DNA of 64,000 nucleotides. Source: Octopus vulgaris (taxonomy: Eukaryota). The stretch is from assembly GCA_951406725.2 (NCBI GenBank), contig OX597822.1, positions 46,810,001 to 46,874,000 of the forward strand. Direction: 5' to 3'. Position 1 is the stretch's first letter. Each line of letters opens with the position of its first letter. Positions 49,219 to 63,000 of the stretch are shown here, in pieces. The translations under genes and the position numbers were made by a program. The notes beneath the pieces are model-generated. The model ran no database searches. It saw only the letters and a list, made by a program, of their open reading frames with translations, and had not been told where the DNA came from.

Positions 49219-49887
49219 ATACATGCAGCATACAATTTTCCTTGTATAGAGAGATACCTTTTGTAGTAAACAGCACTTTGAATTTCTGCCATCCCATTCT
49301 TATCCTAGCTATTTACTTGAATTAAGTTACTCAGTTATGACCCCTGGCTGGAGCCCATGCACTGTACAAACAAGATAGACAAACCAAAAAGATTTCCAAT
49401 AATATAGTACGCTATTTTACTGATTTTAGTGAAAGAGCTGTTTTATGTGTGTGTGGTTGTCATCATCACCGTTTAACATCTGCTTTCCATGCTGGCATCT
49501 GCACCAGGCTCCAATCTGTCAGATCAGATTGGAGCCTGGTGCAGCCATCTGGTTTGCCAGTCCTCAGTCAAATCGTCTAACCCAAGCCAGCATGGAAAGC
49601 AGACATTAAACGGTGATGATGACAGTCACACACACATAAAATAGCTGCTCTTTTTTCTAAAATCAGTAAAATAGTGTACTATGTTAATATTATTGAAAAT
49701 CTTTCTGGTTTATCTATCTTGTTTGTACAGTGCATGGGCTCCAGCCAGGGGTCATAACTGAGTAACTTAATTTAAGTAAATAGCTAGGATAAGAATGGGA
49801 TGGCAGAAATTCAAAGTGCTGTTTACTTCTGTTGGCTACAAAAGGTATCTCTCTACAAGTGAAAGGAAGATTGTATGATGCATGTAT
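49219..49887. repeat. About 670-bp inverted duplication centred near 49520
   Basis: For example, gtaaacagcactttgaatttctgccatcccattcttatcctagc (left arm) is mirrored by gctaggataagaatgggatggcagaaattcaaagtgctgtttac (right arm). Confidence 0.92.
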
Positions 49888-50859
49888 ACAAACAGCAATT
49901 CTACATGGTAGTGAGTTGTGGGCCCTGAATGCAGAGAACCTGCAAAGGTTAGAGAGGAATAACTATGCTCTGCTGGATGTATAATGTATGTGTTCAACAG
50001 TGCTAATGTATTGAGAGAAAAGTTAGGCATAAGTGGAAGTAGATGCTTGTGTACAAGAAAGAAGTGGTGGTTTGGGCATGTGATGCAGATTGATACCAAC
50101 AGCTCTATAAAGAAGTGCTGATCTCTCCAAGTAGATGGAAGACATGGGACTACTCCCCTTGGGATGCTAAACCTTTCAAGCAAGAAGACGAAGGACCAAG
50201 ATGTCTGGTACCTTGCTGTACTCAAAGACTGTACTCCACAGCAGAAGTGCTAAGGCCAGTTCCTTCTGGTGGAGAAGATTGGCTTGCAAGAGTCATGTGT
50301 CAGTGCCATATAAAAAGCACTCATGCCAAAGTCACATAAAAGCATCCAGCTGTAAAAACCATGCCAAATCAAACTGGAGCTTGGAGTAGCTCTCCAGCAT
50401 GGATAACAGATGTTAAATGATCATGACTCACTCAGCATGTAGCTTCTGTAAACCAACTTGTACATTAGGTGTTTGGCTAATTAAAAAAAAATGGTTTTGT
50501 GTTCCCCATTACAGCCCATTTGATGGCAAATAAAACAGGCATAGATGGTAACACTTGTGAGTGTATATATGTATATGCGTGCACACGCACACAATTTTCA
50601 TCCCTTACTAGGATATTAGTAACTTTAGGGTAAGAGCTAGATGAACCCAGAGACAAGTCCTCCTGGAGGAGGAGATGGAAATTGAAAGAGCTGTCAACCA
50701 GCAGTGGGTTCATCATCATCATCATTTAACGTCCATTTTCCATGCTAGCATGGGTTGGACGGTTTGACCAGGGTCTGGTAAGCCATGGAGGCTGCACCAG
50801 GCCCTAGTCTGATTTGGCAGTGTTTCTACAGCTGGATGCCCTTCATAGATACTAATTGA

Positions 50860-52540
50860 TGCATAAGGCAAGGAATAGGAAATTATAACGTAGACAATTG
50901 GATGTTCCTGTGGAACAGCATATTAGGGGTAACAGACTAGATCTGTAACTGGTGCAAGGACCCAACAAAAAAAAAATCAAAAAGGTATGACCTGGATGGA
51001 ATAGCTCCAAAGTAGAGCCATAAAGGCTGAGATCTGGGAGTGGAAAGAGCGGATGGAAAAAAGCAAAGAACAAGATCAAGTAACAAGAAGCTAGATATCA
51101 GGTATACCTAGCATGGAGAAGTGCTGAAAGTAAAAATTTTGCCAGTGTTCTAAAACATGATGGTCAGAAGCATGAATTGTTCCAGATTGCAAGACAATAT
51201 ACAAAAGAATCAAAACCTTGTTGATGTGTATACCTAACGACAACAGCACACTTGCTCTTATTGGCACTGAAAAGACTGAGTTATGGAAGAGCTGTTAATA
51301 AGGAATTGCTGAATTGGGAGGATGCATAGAAGAAAGAGGGTTATATGAAGGTGAATCTAAGAGGGCCAGTCAATTAAGTTGACAGCAGTTATTGTTAATT
51401 ATGTTTAATGATATGAAGATAGGAAATGTATCTGGTTCATCAAGAATAGCAGACATTTCAAATTTCTGGCAGAATAGAATACAAGCTAATCACTCACATA
51501 GGTAAATTATCATACCTTAGGGCTGGTGTAGCAGCAGCATCAACTGCTACAAGGACAAAAGGGCTGCTCTAGAAAGAGGAACTAGAGGTATCAAACTGCA
51601 GTTGATTAGGAAAAGAATTAACCTAAATGAGATGCAGTTTGGCTTTGTGCCAGGAAGTACTACTACCGATGCACTCTTAGTGAGACAACCACAGAAATAC
51701 TTGTTCAAGAGTAAACTCATATAGCTGGCATTTGTTGACTAATGGGGCCTTTAGTAGGATATCTAGCTCTGATCTAGGAGTGTGTTCATTATAATCTTGT
51801 AAGCTAAAGCAGGAATTTAAGACCAGCTGTATGTGGGAGCATCTAAATGTTGATCTAGTCCTTATTGCAGAATCTATTGTAGAATTAGAAATAAAAACCA
51901 AGAAACAAGAGATTAAAGTAAACTTAGTAATCACTACAGTATTACTGAGGAGGTGGAAGAAGAGAGTAAAACCTACTACTCTAAGGGAAATTGTCATGCT
52001 CACTATGCAGACAAGAAGGTAGAAATTCCATATGCATCCATTGTCGCACAGAAGGAACACTTCACGGGACAGGTGGTAAGAGGCAATCAGCTGAAGCTTA
52101 CAGAAAATAGATTCTTTCAAATGCTTAGAAGGAATGGGTGTTTTGAAGGTATAATAAGACTGAGTTAATAGAACTGTCTCTGCAACATGGGGCTTCTCTC
52201 TCACTGGAGATAGATATGAGGGTTATGTACAGTATAATATTGCATTGTTGCTGCAAGACTTGATGCAGAAGATTGGAAAGAAATGAAGCAAGCATTCTTT
52301 GCTGTATGTATGATGCTACTATGCATGAAAGACAGGGTACATATGAGCTGAGAGAAAAATTGTCAGAGGAATTAATTGTAATCTGCAAGGGAGAAGAGTA
52401 TTATGGCGTGGATATGTGACGTAAATTGAGGATGACTGCTGTGAACAGAAAGGAACTTGAGGAAGATGTGGGACAAAGTAGTGAATGCTGATTTCACAGA
52501 AATGATAAAGAACCATGTCAACCAGCAAAATCCAGTGCAG
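50860..52540 (+). mobile_element. Decayed RTE LINE ORF fragment
   Basis: FQIARQ, NCYKDKRAALERG, EMQFGFVPGSTTTDA, LAFVD and QEFKTSCMWE..DLVLIAES. Confidence 0.85.
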
Positions 52541-53199
52541 GAGAAGGCCCATTAATAAGCATTAAAAAATGGCAGAGTGGGGACATAATTGTGTGTGCAC
52601 ACATTAATTTCACATCTGCTGACTCCCCCACTTTTTGATACCCTCTCTTTTCATTCTCTTGTAGCAAGTGATAGTATTGAACCTAGCCATATTTCAATCC
52701 CCCACCATCATCACCCTATTTATAAGGGCTGCTTGTACTTGATATCATCTACTATTACCCTTTCTCTCTTAGGCCACTCATCATTCACTTCCACCCCCCC
52801 GTCCATTTCCATTGTTATCCATCACTCACTCTGTTCTCTCATCTTAATTACTTAATCTAATTTCCCATTATATTCAAGTTCACTTCATCCACTTATTCTA
52901 TAGTCATTGTTCTCTTCAGTTTGCTTTCCCTCTCTATCAAACAAATACTTCATAGAGTAATGAGAAGTTGTTCATATAAGGGGAAACTAAAGCAACATTA
53001 CTAATGCTGGTGCCACAATGAATTGTTCCCAGTACACTGTAAAGTAGTTGTTGATAGGAAGGGCATCCAATTAGAGATTGAAACATGCAACATTGTCCTC
53101 CAACCTATCTGGGAAGGCAATAACTTTGAATAAGAACAAAATCCATGCCAGTATGGAACATGTAAAAGTGATGGGAGTTGACTTTCAATATTAATAGAT

Positions 53200-53535
53200 G
53201 CATGGCTCAGTGGTTAGTGTCATGCTTACGATTGTGAGGTTGTGAGTTTGATGCCTGGACTGGGCTGCATGTTCATGAGCAAGACACTTTTTCACAATGC
53301 CCTGTTTTACTCGGCTTTAGAAATAAGTTGCGACATCACTGATGCCAAGCTGTATTGGCCTTTGCCTTTCCCTTGGATAACATTGGTGGCATGTAGAGGG
53401 GAGGCTGGTATGCATGGGCAACTGCTGGTCTTCCATAAAAACAACCCTAGGCTGTACGTTTGCCGGTGAGGTGACTTTCCGCTCAGACTTGTACCCCAGA
53501 AGGGAACCTCTTAGGTGCACCCATGGTTGTTCATG
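53200..53535 (+). mobile_element. CORE-like tRNA SINE family
   Basis: tggctcagtggttag head, gagcaagacacttt core; same family at 1-190 (+, truncated by the window edge) and about 22505-22860 (-). Confidence 0.8.
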
Positions 53536-56099
53536 TTAGATGACTATGTAATCCCAAATCAGTGGGGATAAAGCAGGCCATTTGGCATGCAGATATCGGC
53601 CAAATGACCAGGCACCTCTACAGATCTTTTTCCAAGTATACCAGCCTTCCATATTACTGAGAATGATACTGCACACATTGGCGCACAATGACGAATTGTT
53701 GTGTGACAACATGGAATTAGTGAAAGGAGGCATCTGTTCCCATTTGGTTTATGCAAGGGTGTAATACCTCTTTGGAGAACAAATAGGTAATGGCTATGAT
53801 AAGCTTATTTTTTCTCTTTTTCAAAAGATTAAGCAAGTTTGCTGCCGGTTGAAGTTATTTGCTAGATATAAAAAAAAAATACTGAATATTGTTTTTACTA
53901 TTTTAAGGGTAGATGTTTTTAAAATGCTAATTTGAGTTCAACAGTTTTACATTTTCTTGCACAATTAAATCTACAACCTCTCATTATACTGATAACTCAG
54001 TCTGAGAATGTTTTATTGGTTACCTATTTTAAGACAACAATGTTAATATAGTTTTCAAAGTTAGTTTCTTAAATTTTTGTAGACATATGACCTGAAGTTC
54101 CTTAATGGCTATTTGTAGGACAGTTGGTATTTTTGAGGCACTAATTGCTATACTCCTTTTCTTTAAAATAAAATTTGTTTTACCTTTTATTTAGTAAAAT
54201 AGCTTTTTAAAGCATCCTTTTCATGTTTTTCATTTTGTGGACTGTGGTTACACCTTCAGAGTTTATATCATTTTAATACTCACTTTTCCAAAGTTGCCTG
54301 GTTCAGGTGAAATTCAATGTAGATTTTCTGTCATTGAATGTTCTTCTTGTTGCCAACCCTCACTTGTTTCCAAGTAAGATATTTCCTCTAGTTCGTGCAT
54401 GCAAACAGATGACACCACTGGCATAAAGGTGCCATTTGTTTGCTTTTAGCACATCATGAGAAGGTGACACTCTTGTAGGCACACATTTTGGGCTTCTTTC
54501 GGTGTTCCTCTATAAAATCCATGCACAAGGTTTTTGTTGGCATCACTGTAGTAAGATATTTGCTGTACAGTGGGTTTAACCCCCAAATCATATGATGGCA
54601 AAGTCATGCCTGCTTACATTATATTTAAGCTTATAGATTAGAACTAAAAATTCACTTTTTTTTTCTTTGTTGGGCTTTAATCTTAGAGTAAAAGGGTGTT
54701 GCAATTCTTTTCATCTGTACTAAATATAAATCAATGACTTAGTCATTGATTCATATTTAGTAAATTAAAACCTCATTTTTATGTTGTACTAGATTTCTTC
54801 GTGCTTTGTTTCTGTACTCTACTAACATTTTAGTCAGGTTTTTACCTCCAATTCTTGGGTGAGGTGAGATCCTATTACTTTAAACCTAATTAGATCAACC
54901 CTGTTTACTTTCATTTTTCTGATTGTGTAAAAAGCCACCATTGACAATTTTCTTCATATGTTTATAAAATGCTCTTAATTGTTCACTTTTCTGCCTTGAC
55001 ATGTTATTCTTGCTTTATGAACCTAGTTGTGTGGGCATAATTCTTCTGAAAGCCTGTTTTTATAGATGATGTTTGTAAATTTTTTTTTTTTTTTCTGAAT
55101 GCACAAATATGAGGACTGATACATGGATTGGCAACTGTTACAGCAACTGATCCTTGACAACTTTGTTCCAATTCTAAACACATGTGGTTTAGTGGTTAGG
55201 GTTTTCAGCTTATATTCATATGGTCATATGTTTGATTCTTGGCAAAAATGAATTGTTCCTATAATTCAAAGGGTATGCATTTCTGTGGGTTGCTCAGCCA
55301 CTTGCACAATAATTTTGGAGCTGCTGGGGTCCTCGTCCTTGTCGTTGTAACCAGAATGCCTTTTTATTTATCGTTCTCAACTCTGTTTTTAATTGGTACG
55401 TTTAATTTGTTAGATAAACACCATGAACCTTTCTTTGGGTGTCTTGTTGAGTTTACTCTCTTGCAAGCATTTGGGTCTAGTCTCTGGTTTGAAGATAATC
55501 TCATCCCTAACAAAACTTAAGAAAAAATAGTATGGAATTATTTTGAGATTTTGGTATTGTGGAATTCTCATTCATCATCATTTAATGTCTGTTCACACTG
55601 ACATGGGTTGGACAGTTTGACTGGGCTGGCATGTTGGAAGGCTGCACCTGACTCCAGTCTGATTTGGTATGGTTTTCTACAGCTGGATGCCCTTTCTAAT
55701 GCCAACCACTCCAAGAGTGTAATAGGTGCTTTTATGTGCCACCGACATGGATGTCATTTGCGTGACATTGGGTTGCATTTACGTTCCACTGGCACTGGTG
55801 TCAATTTGCATGGCACCGGTATTTGCCACGCTTGCAATTTTGCTTGGCTTGATGGGTCTTCTCAAGCATGACATAATACCAAAAGTCTTGGTCATTACCT
55901 CTGTGAGGTCTAGTAATATTTTTTTTACATATCCTTCTGAATGACTTAACTGGTAATCATTATTTTCATATACACAAATATACACACACACCATAGGCAT
56001 GCAGTCTATGGAAGCAAGGAAGCAATGCTTCTCTTAAAAATTATAGAAACAAAATCGAAACTATTGTTTTTTATGCTCAGAACAGATTAGTGGGGATTA

Positions 56100-57000
56100 A
56101 AACAGTTTCAAAGTTGGTGCTTGTTGGACATAAAGTCTAGGTTGTGTGTAGATGATGCTCGGAACAAAATTTGTAAGGAATCAAAAGTTTTCTCTATTGG
56201 AGGAGTAGGAGCTGGAGTAAGTCATTGATGAATAGAACAAAAGATGCGATAGGCAAAACTAAAACTCGGGAACACACTAGAGTTGATGGTGTGAATTGGA
56301 ATGCATCACCAGCAATTAGTGAACTGACAAGAAGCCTCCAATTGAAGAGATGAGTCCAATTGAAGAGATTTGGTTCTAGACACAGTTGAATGTTTTGCTC
56401 ATTTTGAGTGTAACGTGGGTTTAAGAGTTTTCACTAAATATCTTGAGGCAAGGTCAGTGATAAGGCTTAGATCTGTTGTTTGGTACAACTGGAGATATTT
56501 TTGCACATGGTTAGCCTTGATCAACTAATCCTATGGTATGTGATTTGTTATCTACACAGCAGGGGCCTATCCATAGAACCATCTTCCTAGATCTTCCATG
56601 TCTCTTCCCAGTTGAGGACCAAACTGCCTTATCTGACATACAATTATAAATTGTATATCAGTCTGGGAATGTTGTATTGTCAACTGTCATATTTCTGCAT
56701 GTTCACAGTCAGTGTCCAGTCAGAACATAACTGTTGTTTCAAGATGTTGTCATGATCTAGGAGTCTTGTGTATATGTTTTAATGTTTTGGGGGAGGATTT
56801 TTATACAGCGACACATTATTGACATTGAAGCTTCCTACAGCAATAAAATATACTCCTTGTATTTCCAGGTGGTCTTTTGTTATTTTGTTGTGTAGATGGT
56901 CAGTGATGTGCAGTGTGATATTTGTACTTTTGTGCTTTGTGTACAGGATGGAGGGATACAAGTGGAACTGGCATAGTTTGCGATCTGTCTAATGCAGTGT
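56100..57000 (-). mobile_element. Highly decayed CR1/L2-like LINE
   Basis: FVLFINDLL (56215-56241), VTLKMSKTFNCV* (cf. VALDISKAFDRVW, about 56375-56414) and endonuclease-like FIAVGSFN near 56830. Confidence 0.65.
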
Positions 57001-60000
57001 ACAATTTTTAATTTGTTGGTCAAATGTGGTATGCATGATTGCTCCAATTATGCTTTGCATCTTTTTACCAAGTCTTCATGTGTATGTTGTGAAAACAGGT
57101 TTCAAGGGATTTTATATGAAACTGAAGTCCTTGTCATTCTGCAAACACTATGACATAATGCATCAGACTATAGAATGTCATAATTGTGTAAAACTAGGTT
57201 TCATGGAGAAAGTTTTATAGATAGCTAATGAGTGGGTGAGAGGGTGGATCATTATATTCTGATCAGGAAGTAATGCATTGTAGAAGTGTTGCTTTTGTAC
57301 ATTATATAGGTGGCAATTTAAAAAGTAGTATGCTTGTCAGCATTTTGAGTTTATAAAGGTAATGGTGAGTGGATTCCAGGAATGGAGTCAAGTTTTACTG
57401 AGAATTTGACAGTAAATGTTAGTGGATTAGTTTTAGGTACACTTTGTGTATATGTACATGATGGTGGTCCTGTATATCTACAGGAACTGTTCCAACCTAT
57501 CAGTATGAGTTGATCCTGGTTGGAAGACTTTTCGTGATAGACCTACTGGAGCCAAACAAGTCTCTAGAAGCTGCTAATGCTTTTTTTCCTTTTTTTTCTT
57601 CATTTCATTTTAATGAAACCCAAGTTAATTATGCTAATTATCCCTGTAGTTATTCCACCTGGTCTTACTTGGTTTACTGTTGTTTTACTTAATCTTTGAA
57701 CTGCTGAATACACTTCTGGTTTTATAACAAACTGGTACTACTTCTATACTCTCTCTCTCTGGTTTATAGATTTAGTTTTATTTTCTATCAAAATTGAACA
57801 ATAAGTATCATTAGATCCAAGTTTCCAAAGGATCAATTACTGATACACTGCATTTCTAGCTGTGTGAGTAGTGTTTGACTTTGTGCTGAACAAAATTGCA
57901 AGGGACCTCACTAAATGTTCTCATCTTCTGATGTTTACATCCCTGCCAGAAGCTATATAAGTAGTCACATGCATGTACACACACATACACACCATATTCA
58001 TATATAATATGCACATGGATTTTTAAACTTGGAAATTAGGCATAAGGCATTTTTTTAGAGGGCGGCTAGTGGTGGGGTAATATTTTGTCACACAGTTTTT
58101 CATCTGATTTTCTATATAAAAAAGATAAATAAAAAATTTTAAAAACTTGTCTGGGTTTCAGAATTAGCACTTGCTTTCAACATTTTTTTTTCTGAAGAGA
58201 GTAAAAATTAGTTCAGTGTTTTCAAATAGAATTGTGATTTTGTTTTTTCTTTAAATCTTTTTTTGACCCTGTGTGTTCTATCCCTGTTTAACATTAATAT
58301 GGTAACCTTTTAACTTATTTATGTTGAAATATACCTTTGTTTTAATTAATTTTGAAAATGAAAAGTTTAGTAAAATAGCTTTGACATTATTAAGCTGGTG
58401 TTTGGAACATAAATTAAGGTGAAAATTTGATAGGTTTTAAATTACATCATTTTAAAATAAGACATTTTTATCAGAATCGGGGCAACTTCAGGTAGGTTGG
58501 TATTCAAGAGTTAAATTACTGATTCAGTTTTAAATGCTACTGGTGGAGCTACCCAATCTCCAAGTACTGTATTGCGACACATGGATGGAATTTAAAATAG
58601 AACTAGTTGCTATTTTTAACAATACTTGCTACAGCATTGACATCCAGTGATTTGGTTCCTGTATTCTTGCATCACATTCACTGGATCAGCTGGTTGTGAT
58701 TTAAGAACAATGTGCCAGTGGCACGTAAAAAGCACCATCCGTTCATGGCCGTTGCCAGCCTTGCCTGGCCTGGCCCCCTGTGCCGGTGTCATGTAAAAAG
58801 CACCATCCGATCGTGGCCGTTTGCCAGCCTCGTCTGGCACGTAAAAAGCACCCACTACACTCATGGAGTGGTTAGCATTAAGAAGGGCATCCAGCCGTAG
58901 AAACATTGCCAGATCAGACTGGGCCTGGTGCAGCCTTCTGGCTTCCCAGACCCTAGTTGAACCGTCCAACCCATGCTAGCATGGAAAGCGGACGCTAAAC
59001 AATGATGATGATGATGATGATGGCTGTTTTTAACGTGTCTACATATGATATTTAAAATGGATGTTTGGGAAAAATTAAGCTGCCCATTGGCAAGTACACA
59101 GTGCAACCTGGAGTTGGGTTGTTTAAAGGGGACTTCTTTTAACATGAAACTGTCTTCAGAAGGTAGGCATATACATTAGTTGTTGCTATTCATGCAATTT
59201 CATGTATAAGGGGTTCAATATTTGGAAACAATTTCCAATCCTAGTTAATTTTGTATCTAGTTTGTTGTTCAACTGTCACAAAATACTCTAGTTTTACTTG
59301 CATTGGTAAAGTTCTAAGATCACTTGAATTTTTTGTTTACTATAGTTTTTTTTTTTTTAGTGTATTTTGAACAGTTAATTAGCTAATTCCTTTTTTCTGT
59401 ACATAACACTATGAAATAACTCAGATAATTCATGTACTTCATAATATCTTTTTGTTGTTTCTTTGCCCTTTAAAGTTGCACGATGATAGGCTTCTGCACA
59501 ATTTCTAGCTATTGAATTCCGATGCCGTAATAGAAGACGCAAATGTTCAAAATACTGTGTACTTGAACCTGGAACAATGTGATTTCAAAGTATTTTTCAG
59601 CTGTACGGCTATGCCACCATCTGTTTTAATTCTAATCATTTAAAAACGTTTTGGTTTTATTAGTTTCAAGTATATCATAATTAAGCAGTGTCACCTGTCA
59701 CATTTGCTATTTTATACAAAACATCTCTGTTTTTTGTTTTGTATATTTGCATTTAAAAGGTGGTTTTTATTTGAAGATTGTGCTGTTCTTTGTGCCTGTC
59801 CAATACTTCTATGGTGTCTTTCTGCAGTCATACTTTTTCAAAGGGTACACATTTCGTATTGCTGGTTTAGTTTCAAATCAACAAATTTCTTATTTTATTC
59901 TTTTACTTATTTCAGTCATTTTACTGTGGCCATGCTGGAGCACTGCATGACTTATTCTTTGAGCCTGGTATTTATTCTATTAGTCTCTTTTGCTGAACCA

Positions 60001-63000
60001 CTAAGTTATTAGGACGTAAACACACCAACATCAGTTGTCAGGTGGTGAGGTGTAAACACACACACATACATACATAAGGCTCCTTTCAGCTTCCATCTAT
60101 CAAATCCACTCAAGACTTTGGTTTGGCCCAAGACTATAGTAGACACTTGCCCAAGGTGCTATGCAGTGGGACTGAACCCAGAATCATGTGGTTGGGAAGC
60201 AAGCTTCTTACTACACAGCCACTCCTGTATGTGTGATTTTAGGCAGCAGATTGGCAGAGATGTTAGAACATTGAAATGTTTCAATATTTGTTTCAGCTTG
60301 CTGAACCCTGATTTTAACTTCCTCTCAAGGTCAACTTTGCCTTTCATCCTTTCAGGGTTTATAAAGTATCTTACTTTTGGATTGGCAGAATTGTTAGTTC
60401 TTTGGACAGTGCTTTGCAGTATCTGTTCCAGCTCTGTGCTTTCTGAGTTCAACTTGCAGCTATCTGCCACTTAGCAATTGTAAAATCAAAAAAGCTGTTT
60501 TCCTTGTTTATTGGAAGGTCAGCTGCTATGTGATGATTTCAATAACTGCCACTATGATGCTGTACCATTGTTAGCTATGTCTTCAAATTTAGCAACAGAA
60601 ACCTAATCTCTCTCTCTCTCTCTCTTTTTTTAAATCATTATTATTATGGTCTGAAAATGTTACATTGTGGTATTAGACTGTTAAAACTTTCTCATTAAAA
60701 AAAAAAACTGGAGTTAATGTTATAAGTGGAATAATATGTAGATTCATATTGTTTTCTCAATAACAGCCAAGAAGTTTAAAGAACTGTATAAAAAAAATTC
60801 CCCAGTGGTAGTAGTATTTTGTTAAGTACACCCCAGTCAGTTTCTGCACATCTACTTCTTTCAGTATTCACCAATCCCAATGGTAGTATATCATCTTAGC
60901 CAGCTGGCAAGGTGAATATTTTCATTTTCTTTCATATGTTGGACTCTATATTTAATGATGACTAACCATCAACCTCTTTTTACTATGTTATTCACCATAA
61001 TATTCAATTAAAATCCTAAAATAACTGTATCTCAAGGAAACTGCCTAAGTTATATACATAGCAGTGTCCTGGAACTTAGACTTCAGCTTGGCATTTTTTC
61101 TCTACTTTCAAAACTATTTTAAACCTACTACCAGTATTACAAACATACAAATTCTCTTGTTTATATGAAAAAAAGAAAAATTAAGCAAACACTTGCACTG
61201 ACGCAAATATAAAAAAAAAAGGCAATGTTATTTACTTTCTTCGTTTTGTGACCATGAATTGTTGATTTGATAGTAACCATACTAAAAGCCAGTCATAGTT
61301 TGGTGAATTTTGTTTGCATATTGGAATATCATCTATCAGCTGTTATTCTTGATCTTTGTAACCTCTGTTTTACATATTCTTTATGCTTTTCCATTTATCT
61401 TTTTAATATATTTTATTTTTATTCCTCTTCACGCAAAACTTTTTATCAAGGTACATGTTTAATCTCTGATAATTGTTTTTTCCTACACAGATTTCTGGTA
61501 TATTTGTAGTAAATATCTCTTGGTTAATTTTACATTCTGATTGATATTCTAGTTCTACAATTATACTAATCTCTTTTTGAATTGCTTCACTCCTCATTTT
61601 AAATTTGTAAATAATGCTGTGTTACAGTCAAAATAAAATTAGTGGGGAGTTTGGAACCTGGTTTCAATTCCTAGTTGTTGTTTTTTTTCACTTATCTTAC
61701 CCATGTTTCAGTCACCCCTCCCCTTCCACTAAGTTGTACAGTTGGATACCATTATTAACTTAATTAAGGCAGACTTGAGTGAACAATATACTTTTGTCTC
61801 AGAGAACACACTGGCTAATTGACAGATTCACTCTCCAGCATTTTCCATACACTGTTTCACATACAACTTTTTCCTTTCTGTCCTTTGGCTGCTAATAGCC
61901 ATTGTGTTTGTTTTTTTCTTTCTTTCTCTGAACTGATAAGGAGTACAGCTCTTCTTCAGGCCCAGTACACTTCTCACCAGCCTTGTCTCATTTCACCATA
62001 ACTTATACTAATATCTTTTAATTATTATTTTACACATTTGTGAACAATCTCCAAACAGAATACAATGGTTGACTCCCCAGAACTGTAGTTTGTTGAATTT
62101 CTTTACTCATTCGTTTTAGAATGGCTTGAAAAATACAATGACTGCTACAAAATTTGTGGGCACTATTTCAGAATCATGTTAACAATATATGCATATGGTA
62201 ATATTGGTTTATGTAGATCACCACATGAGCTTTATTTCTGATATTAAGGTGCTTGGATGTTTAACTACTAATGTCATTGTTATCATCCTCCTGGGTAAAG
62301 TTCATAACTGCTTGCCTTGGTCAAATCAGAATCACCTCAACTTAACAGTTTGTGAATGTAAGTTATCCTTGTTTAGTCCCAGATCAGCTCTATGGTTGAA
62401 GGCAATCTAGTTAGGAGCCTTTGTATCTATCTAGGGCTGGTTCCCAAAATTAAGAGATAATGGGGTTAGATCCCCTAACGACACTGTCAAAACTGTATCT
62501 TGGACTGTATTTTATACACACACACATAATAGGATGTGATGTAGGGATTTGGTTGCTATAGATGGCATTTGAACTACACAAAGGCTTCTTTGCTGGTTTA
62601 ATAGTTATTGGCTGCTGGATGTCCTTTTTATTAATGAATGATTACTATTGAGAATTGTTCCATGGCTATTGAATTATTACCTTAGTTCATGATTTACTCA
62701 TTAGATACCTCTACACTTCTGTATAACAAAATAACTGCATAACATCCATTAGTTGCCCTTCAGTTATTGATCAGATGTTCCAAAAATGTTTTCTTGGTGG
62801 TGACTGATATAAAAGCAGCATCAATATTTATTACAAATGCTAAAGCTAGGTGAAATTTATAGTGGTTTTCCTTATTGTTAAACCACTTTGAACTGCTTGG
62901 CATTTCTGCTGCTAACTGACATAGTTTACATTTTATAAGCAACGGTCCAATTTATCTCCTGACAGTTGGAGACATGAAATTACAAGATTAACAGCCATTA

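Noticed and set aside
53536-53764. Unique segment open in three overlapping frames
   Set aside because: No recognisable motif or convincing splice sites; ORFs of about 60 codons are expected by chance.
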